Shown here one piece after another: positions 36,571 to 41,850 of a stretch of DNA of 41,850 nucleotides (positions are counted from its first letter, which is position 1; every line of letters begins with the position of its first letter). Origin of the DNA: a virus; the IMG/VR virus record IMGVR_UViG_3300012317_000001, positions 1-41,850 of that record; one strand, written 5' to 3'. Made by a program: the position numbers and the translations under genes. A model generated the notes under the pieces. That model had not been told where the DNA came from, made no database searches, and was given only the letters and a program-made list of their open reading frames with translations.

Positions 36571-37749
36571 ATGGCTATTAAAGTCGGAGAAAAATTAAAG
36601 AACTATCAAGACCATAAAGCGCATTTTGCTGAATTAGTTCGCAATGGTGCAAGTGATGAAGAACAATCAAAAGCATTTGGAGAAATGTTTGATGCATTAT
36701 CAAATGATTTACAAGAAGAAATTTCAGCAGAAGTTAATAATCGTGTAGTAGATAACGGTATCTTAGCAAAACGCTCACAAGATCCATTAACTTCAGAAGA
36801 ACGTAAATTCTTTAATGAAATCAATACAGAAGTAGGATATAAAGAAGAAAAATTATTACCTGAAACAGTCATTGAACGTGTGTTTGATGATTTGCAATCA
36901 GAACATCCATTACTTTCAAAAATCAATATTCAAAACGCAGGTTTAGTAACACGTATCATTAAAGCAGAACCAACTGGTCAAGCAGTTTGGGGAAAAATCT
37001 TTGGTGAAATCAAAGGCCAATTAGATGCTGCATTTGATGAAGAAGAATTCAAACAATCTAAATTAACTTGTTTCGTAGTTATTCCAGATGACTTAAAAAT
37101 GTTTGGACCTAACTGGGTAGAACGTTTTGTTCGTACTCAAATTGAAGAAGCTATTTCAGTTGCTTTAGAAGCTGCATTCTTAACTGGTGAAGGCGCATCT
37201 AAAGACCAACCAGTTGGATTAATGAAAGATATCCAAGAAAATGGCGGTGTCGTTGATAAAACAACATCTGGAACTTTAACTTTTGCAGATGCAGATACAA
37301 CTGTAAATGAATTAAAAGACGTATTAAAAGGCTTATCTGTTAAAGAAAACGGTAAAGAAGTAAACATTGACGGTAAAGTTGTATTAGTAGTTAACCCACA
37401 AGATTCATGGGATGTACAAGCGCGTTACACTTACTTAACTGCTAATGGTGGTTTTGTAACAGTATTACCTTATAATGTACGAATCGTGTCATCTGAGTTT
37501 GTTCCAACAAATAAATTAGTTGCATTTGTATCAGATCGTTATGATGCAGTACGTGGTGGCGGATTAACAGTTAAAAAATTCAACGAAACATTAGCTTTAG
37601 AAGATTGTATTTTATACACTGCTAAAACTTTTGCTTATGGTCAACCAGCTGACAATAATGCATCACGCGTGTATGACTTAGAATTATCTACTGCAGTTCG
37701 TACTTCAACTCCTGCAGGTGGAACGACAGATAGTACTGCACAAGCCTAA
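36571..37749 (+). CDS. Major capsid protein (HK97 fold)
   Basis: Track ORF, 392 aa. Follows the protease. RBS aaggagg. Confidence 0.85.
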   Translation: MAIKVGEKLKNYQDHKAHFAELVRNGASDEEQSKAFGEMFDALSNDLQEEISAEVNNRVVDNGILAKRSQDPLTSEERKFFNEINTEVGYKEEKLLPETVIERVFDDLQSEHPLLSKINIQNAGLVTRIIKAEPTGQAVWGKIFGEIKGQLDAAFDEEEFKQSKLTCFVVIPDDLKMFGPNWVERFVRTQIEEAISVALEAAFLTGEGASKDQPVGLMKDIQENGGVVDKTTSGTLTFADADTTVNELKDVLKGLSVKENGKEVNIDGKVVLVVNPQDSWDVQARYTYLTANGGFVTVLPYNVRIVSSEFVPTNKLVAFVSDRYDAVRGGGLTVKKFNETLALEDCILYTAKTFAYGQPADNNASRVYDLELSTAVRTSTPAGGTTDSTAQA

Positions 37750-37757
37750 GAAAGTAG

Positions 37758-38063
37758 TTGATACTAATGCCAAGCGTTAAGATATCGGATGAAATTTTAG
37801 ATGAATTTAAAGAATACACTAAGATTTCTCATGATACAGAAGATGAACATTTATTACGTGTTTTAAATATGTCTTACGAGAACTTAGAAACACGTTTTGG
37901 CGTATTTGATATTAATAGTAATTTGAATGGTAAAAACTTAGTTTTTGCACGCGCTCGATATGATTATGAAGATTTATTAGAGTTCTTTAACGATAACTAT
38001 CAAGATGATTTGTTACACTTTGGCTTTTTGACATTAAGAGAGCGTGATGTAAATGAAAAGTAA
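37758..38063 (+). CDS. Head-tail connector / DNA-packaging (gp6-like) protein
   Basis: Track ORF, 101 aa. Conserved position after the capsid gene. Confidence 0.55.
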   Translation: MILMPSVKISDEILDEFKEYTKISHDTEDEHLLRVLNMSYENLETRFGVFDINSNLNGKNLVFARARYDYEDLLEFFNDNYQDDLLHFGFLTLRERDVNEK

Positions 38064-38424
38064 ATTTAAAAAACCGTTTATTACAACAAAAAAGTTAAAT
38101 ACGCGTGTTCATTTTTATGAGTATCAAGAGAATGAAGGGCCAGAAGCAGGTGTAAAACGTAAAAGAGTTTTATATCATTGTTGGGCATACGTTCCACAGT
38201 GGAAAATGACTGAATTACAACAAGCAATTGCAAATGGTACAGAACATGATGTGAAGATATTTATACGTGAAACACACGGTCAATATATACCAAATGAAAA
38301 ACATTACGTTGCAATAGAGTCGCCATATATTCATCAAGATTTGAATATTAAATTAGTACAACCCGATGTAGAGAACGAACAATTTTTAATGTTAACTGCA
38401 GGGGTGGTAACTAATGGCGAGTAA
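38053..38424 (+). CDS. Head closure / head-tail adaptor protein
   Basis: Track ORF, 123 aa. Conserved position. Confidence 0.55.
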   Translation: MKSKFKKPFITTKKLNTRVHFYEYQENEGPEAGVKRKRVLYHCWAYVPQWKMTELQQAIANGTEHDVKIFIRETHGQYIPNEKHYVAIESPYIHQDLNIKLVQPDVENEQFLMLTAGVVTNGE

Positions 38425-38836
38425 AAATTTCAGTGGTATTCGTGCAGAAGGTTTAAATCAGTTACAAAAAGATTTGGAAAAGAGATTCAGTCGACAAAGA
38501 ATGAACAAAATAATAGATAAGGCGTTGATTAAGGCAGGCAATATTGTGCTAGACGCTATCAAAAGTAATATTCGTTACTTTAGAGATACTGGCGCAGAGT
38601 ATGAAGAGGCTAAGCTATCATCGCCTTATTGGGATAAAGGCGTTCGTTCTGTTCGAGTATATTGGGAAGGACCACATCACAGATATTCTATTGTTCATTT
38701 AAACGAGAAAGGCTTTCACGCTAGAAATGGTAAGTTTATTCGACCTAAAGGTTTTGGTGCGATAGATAAAGCATTGCGTACAGCTGAGAAAGAATTTTAT
38801 AAAACGGTACAGGAAGAAGTGGAGAAGTTACTATGA
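38414..38836 (+). CDS. HK97 gp10-like tail-component protein
   Basis: Track ORF, 140 aa. Conserved position. Confidence 0.5.
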   Translation: MASKNFSGIRAEGLNQLQKDLEKRFSRQRMNKIIDKALIKAGNIVLDAIKSNIRYFRDTGAEYEEAKLSSPYWDKGVRSVRVYWEGPHHRYSIVHLNEKGFHARNGKFIRPKGFGAIDKALRTAEKEFYKTVQEEVEKLL

Positions 38837-39249
38837 TTGATATATTAAATAAAATATACAGCGTCCTAAAAGATGACGAAAAATTAATGAAAATACTAGA
38901 TATCAAGAATGTAAAGTTCAATGACTATCCTGACGTTAAAAACATCACAAAGCCTTATGTCGTATTAGATGACTTTGATGATCCTATTCCCGAAGTACAT
39001 TATGACGGAGAACGTGCAGCGTATAGTTATATTGTTCAAGTAGATGTATTTGTGAAAGCTAATGCAGATTACAATGCACGATTAAGAAGAAACGAAATAT
39101 CACAACGTATTAGTGATTTGCTCTGGAAAGAATTGAAAGCAGGGCAAGTAAGTAATTTAGGAAATGAATATAACAAAGAATTTGCTTTGTATCGCTCAAC
39201 AAGACGATATGAAGCAATTTTTTATGAGGAGGAAAATTTAAATGGTTAA
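38833..39249 (+). CDS. Tail completion / tail terminator protein
   Basis: Track ORF, 138 aa. Conserved position before the major tail gene. Confidence 0.5.
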   Translation: MIDILNKIYSVLKDDEKLMKILDIKNVKFNDYPDVKNITKPYVVLDDFDDPIPEVHYDGERAAYSYIVQVDVFVKANADYNARLRRNEISQRISDLLWKELKAGQVSNLGNEYNKEFALYRSTRRYEAIFYEEENLNG

Positions 39250-39856
39250 ATATGCTAAAACACCAAAATCATTTATTAATATTAAAGATTTAGGTTTCGC
39301 TTTATTAGAAACAGATGAATTAGATGGCACTATCAAATATTCAAATGTAACACAAACTCGTGGTTTACAAGAAATTTCAGTAGAAACTGGTGGAGAAATT
39401 GCTAATGCTTACGCTGACGGTTCAATCATTGAATCAGGTACTACTGATGGCGAAGGTAAAATTTCAATGACAATGCATGCTTTCCCACAAGAAATTCGTG
39501 AGTTAATCTTCAATGAAATTTACGATGAAAACGGAGTGTACGCAGAAAAACGTGGTAAACAAAACAACTACGTAGCAGTATGGTTTAAACGTGAACGACG
39601 TGACGGTTCTTACCAACAAGTTGGTTTAACTAAAGTTATGTTTGCTGATCCAAACTTAGAAGGTAAAACTGCCGAAGAAGATTGGGAATTCAGTTCAGAA
39701 GAATCAGAAGGTACTGCAATGCACCGTGTAGCTGACGGTAAACGTAAAATCTTATTCGATAGTTCTCGAGAAGGTGCAAATGTCGATTCATTCTTCCAAG
39801 AATTATTAAATGGTGCTTATGACAGTAAAACAGAAGTAGACACTGCTTCTGCATAA
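39242..39856 (+). CDS. Major tail protein
   Basis: Track ORF, 204 aa. Followed by a small ORF and a strong terminator, as is typical for a highly expressed major tail gene. Confidence 0.75.
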   Translation: MVKYAKTPKSFINIKDLGFALLETDELDGTIKYSNVTQTRGLQEISVETGGEIANAYADGSIIESGTTDGEGKISMTMHAFPQEIRELIFNEIYDENGVYAEKRGKQNNYVAVWFKRERRDGSYQQVGLTKVMFADPNLEGKTAEEDWEFSSEESEGTAMHRVADGKRKILFDSSREGANVDSFFQELLNGAYDSKTEVDTASA

Positions 39857-39869
39857 GGAGTGTTAATTC

Positions 39870-40037
39870 ATGGTTCAATATAAAGTTTTAAAAGATGCTA
39901 ACGACCTTAAAACTGGTAAGGAATACCGTAAAGATGAGGTAGTGGAAGAAAAGGTAAAAGTAGTCGACGACTTTGAAAAACGTTTGAAGAAAAAAGGTTA
40001 TGAGTTACCATTCTTCGAACGTGTTGAAGATAAATAA
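39870..40037 (+). CDS. Hypothetical 55-aa protein downstream of the major tail gene
   Basis: RBS ataaggagtgttaattcATG. Under 60 aa. Lys/Glu-rich. Confidence 0.35.
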   Translation: MVQYKVLKDANDLKTGKEYRKDEVVEEKVKVVDDFEKRLKKKGYELPFFERVEDK

Positions 40038-40047
40038 ATTAATCTTT

Positions 40048-40075
40048 AGGACTGCTAAATGCAGTCCTTTTATTT
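40048..40075 (+). terminator. Rho-independent terminator (attenuator) between the major tail and chaperone genes
   Basis: Perfect stem aggactgc / gcagtcct, loop taaat, then tttatttc. Confidence 0.7.
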
Positions 40076-40100
40076 CGAAATAAAAAGGAGTTTTTTAGAC

Positions 40101-40463
40101 ATGTCAAACAAATTAAAACGTAACTATATTCGTTTAGTAGAAAACCCAGAAGCAGAAGAAATTAAATTAGAAACATACTTAACACCACATTTTATTCCGT
40201 TAGATGTTTTATATGAATCAGTGGATATCATGGCTGAATTAGAGAAAGCAGAAAATGGAGAAGTTGAATTATCATTCAAAGAACAATTAGATAAATTAAT
40301 TGATGTAGTAGTTAAAATTTATGGTAAACAATTCACTGCTAAAGATATTAGAAATCGTCTACATGCGCCTGATGCACTTGAAACATTACAAAAACAAGTA
40401 CAATTCATTGCTAATGGTCAACAAGACGAGGAAACAAAAAAGTTTATTCAGAGCATCAGCTAA
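40101..40463 (+). CDS. Tail assembly chaperone gpG-like
   Basis: In frame within track ORF 40059..40463. ATG 40101 follows RBS aaaaggag. The 40059 start lies inside the terminator hairpin. Conserved position upstream of the TMP. Confidence 0.7.
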   Translation: MSNKLKRNYIRLVENPEAEEIKLETYLTPHFIPLDVLYESVDIMAELEKAENGEVELSFKEQLDKLIDVVVKIYGKQFTAKDIRNRLHAPDALETLQKQVQFIANGQQDEETKKFIQSIS

Positions 40464-40624
40464 ACAAATTAAAAAAAGAAGATTTAACTTACAATGGCAT
40501 GTTGAAGAATTTGGATAAAGTCGTAAAAGATATGGTGGAAAATGGTACACCTGCAAACCAAGTTCTTGAAATGCCATTTTATTATATACTTCAAATTTTA
40601 GATGAACGTCATCTAAATACTGTT
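40436..40624 (+). other. Programmed -1 ribosomal frameshift site A-AAA-AAG (40436-40442) giving a G-T fusion that extends in the -1 frame to the TGA at 40622-40624
   Basis: The -1 frame is open from 40415 to 40624 and reads ...VYSEHQLNKLKKEDLTYNGMLKNLDKVVKDMVENGTPANQVLEMPFYYILQILDERHLNT*. The slippery heptamer lies 19 nt before the gpG stop. The G/GT chaperone frameshift is conserved in siphoviruses. Confidence 0.7.
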
Positions 40625-40662
40625 GATACTGATGAAAAAGCCGATGCGCTATTCTCTGCATT

Positions 40663-40698
40663 GTAGCCTTAGTCATTGGTACTAAGGCTATTTTTTTA
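40663..40698 (+). terminator. Hairpin plus T-run between the GT stop and the TMP start
   Basis: agccttagt / actaaggct, loop cattggtac, then atttttttat. Confidence 0.5.
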
Positions 40699-40726
40699 TA
40701 CCTAAATAAGGAAGGAGGGACAGTAA

Positions 40727-41850
40727 GTGGCTGAATCAAGATTTAAAGGTTTATCAATTTTAATGAATATGCGTGACGTTGGTATCGAACGTACAATGAA
40801 ACAAATACGAGCGCAATTCAAAACATTAGATTCAGAAATGCGTAGATCTAATGCTAATTTCAAACATTCAGAGAAAAACATGCAGTCTTATGCAACAAGA
40901 ACGAAAGAATTAACTAAAGCGATTGATGTAACTGAAAATTCTATGAAAGATATTTCTAATCAGTTAAAGAAAATGACTTTAGAAGAACAACGTTCTAGTG
41001 TTGAAGCCGAAAAGTTACGTCAAGAATACAGTAAGCAACATAGAGCATTACAAATGTATCAACGACAATTGAATTCAACTGAACAAGAGATGAAACAATT
41101 CGGTACAACGACTAAACAAACGATTTTCTCAATGAAAAAGATTAACGATGTTCTAGGTACAATGAAACGTCAACTTAACATTGCAAATATGGCATTTCAA
41201 AGTACAGAAAAGTCTACAAGCAGTTATAAGAATTATTTAAATCAGTTAAACACAGTTATTCAAAAACATCAAAATACAATTAGAGTATTAGAAGGCCGTT
41301 ATCAGAAAGTAGCGAGAGAACAAGGCGTTATGAGTAAAGAAGCATTAGAGTTAAAAGAGAAAATCTTACAAGAAAAAGCAACTTTAGGACAACTAGACAA
41401 TCAATATAAGAAAACGACTATGGAAGCTAAACGATTTGCATTCGAACAAAAAACTTTAACTGCTTCAATGTCTGAAATTAGACAAAAAATGTCGCAAGTA
41501 GCACAATCTTTAACAATTAGTGCTAATAAATTTAAGATGAGTGGGCAAACTGCACAAGCTTATAAAGCACGTATTTCTGAATTAAACAATGGAATGAAAC
41601 AACAGCAACTTATTGTTCAAAATTTATCTAGACAGTATGACTTTGCTAAAAAACAATACGGTGCTACAAGTCAAGAAGCACAACAACTTAATGTAAAATT
41701 ATCTGAAGAACGTTTGAAGTTAAAAGAGTTAAATACTCAATTAAATCAAACAACACAAGCGCATAATCGTCTAGAAATGGAACAAAAACAAGGCATCTCT
41801 TCTATGGCTCAAATTAGAGCGAAGATGTCGCAATTTAACGATACTCTATC
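40727..41850 (+). CDS. Tail tape measure protein, N-terminal part (GTG start); runs off the window end and continues at 1-5624. Full gene is about 6.6 kb, about 2206 aa
   Basis: RBS aggaaggaggg 8 nt before GTG 40727. The frame is open with no stop to 41850 and translates as helical TMP-like sequence (MRDVGIERTMKQIRAQFKTLDSEMRRSNANFKHSEKNMQSYATRTKELTKAID...). Same frame as the ORF at 54..5624 once the 41723 offset is removed. Confidence 0.8.
   Translation, partial: MAESRFKGLSILMNMRDVGIERTMKQIRAQFKTLDSEMRRSNANFKHSEKNMQSYATRTKELTKAIDVTENSMKDISNQLKKMTLEEQRSSVEAEKLRQEYSKQHRALQMYQRQLNSTEQEMKQFGTTTKQTIFSMKKINDVLGTMKRQLNIANMAFQSTEKSTSSYKNYLNQLNTVIQKHQNTIRVLEGRYQKVAREQGVMSKEALELKEKILQEKATLGQLDNQYKKTTMEAKRFAFEQKTLTASMSEIRQKMSQVAQSLTISANKFKMSGQTAQAYKARISELNNGMKQQQLIVQNLSRQYDFAKKQYGATSQEAQQLNVKLSEERLKLKELNTQLNQTTQAHNRLEMEQKQGISSMAQIRAKMSQFNDTL
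41724..41850. repeat. Second copy of the terminal duplication (equals 1-127)
   Basis: Identical to the window start. Confidence 0.9.

Noticed and set aside
40059-40100. ATG 40059 as the gpG start
   Set aside because: That start lies inside the strong terminator hairpin at 40048-40075. ATG 40101 has a proper RBS.
40321-40518. 65-aa ORF overlapping the gpG 3' end as the frameshift partner
   Set aside because: It is in the +1 frame. The conserved chaperone frameshift is -1, and the -1 frame has both an open extension and a canonical A-AAA-AAG site.
1-41850. CRISPR arrays, transposases or insertion sequences
   Set aside because: No regularly spaced direct repeats of CRISPR type and no transposase-like ORF were seen. 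The only tandem repeats are the in-frame TMP repeats and the origin iterons.

Overview
The window is one complete temperate siphovirus genome of about 41.7 kb from a low-GC Firmicute. Inference suggests a Staphylococcus-type phage: it is AT-rich, has a CHAP/SH3b endolysin, a roughly 100-aa holin, and carries YopX, DUF1064, SNase-like and dUTPase genes in the early region. The sequence is circularly permuted. Positions 1-127 repeat 41724-41850, so the unit length is 41,723 bp. The tape-measure gene starts at a GTG at 40727 and runs through the window end into 1-5624 in the same frame. Gene order on the + strand: tape measure, distal tail protein, a pectate-lyase-like beta-helix tail protein and a Tal-like tail protein. 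Then terminator, a leader-like mini-ORF, a second terminator, holin and endolysin. Next comes a 1.3-kb ORF-free block, the main anomaly (see findings). The lysogeny module follows on the - strand (serine integrase, two small ORFs, cI) with a divergent cro promoter. Then come early genes, including two embedded minus-strand genes, and the SSAP/SSB recombination pair. The replication module has an HTH protein, a replisome organizer with iterons, and a DnaC-like loader. Accessory genes include DUF1064, a deoxyribosyltransferase-like protein, YopX, an SNase-like nuclease and dUTPase. The late module runs from a RinA/ArpU-like activator through HNH, P27-type terS, terL, portal, ClpP-like protease, HK97 capsid, connectors, major tail protein, and a G/GT chaperone pair with an A-AAA-AAG -1 frameshift site. 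No tRNA, CRISPR array or transposase was recognised. Functional calls rest on motifs read by eye. Hand-derived coordinates may be off by 1-2 nt.
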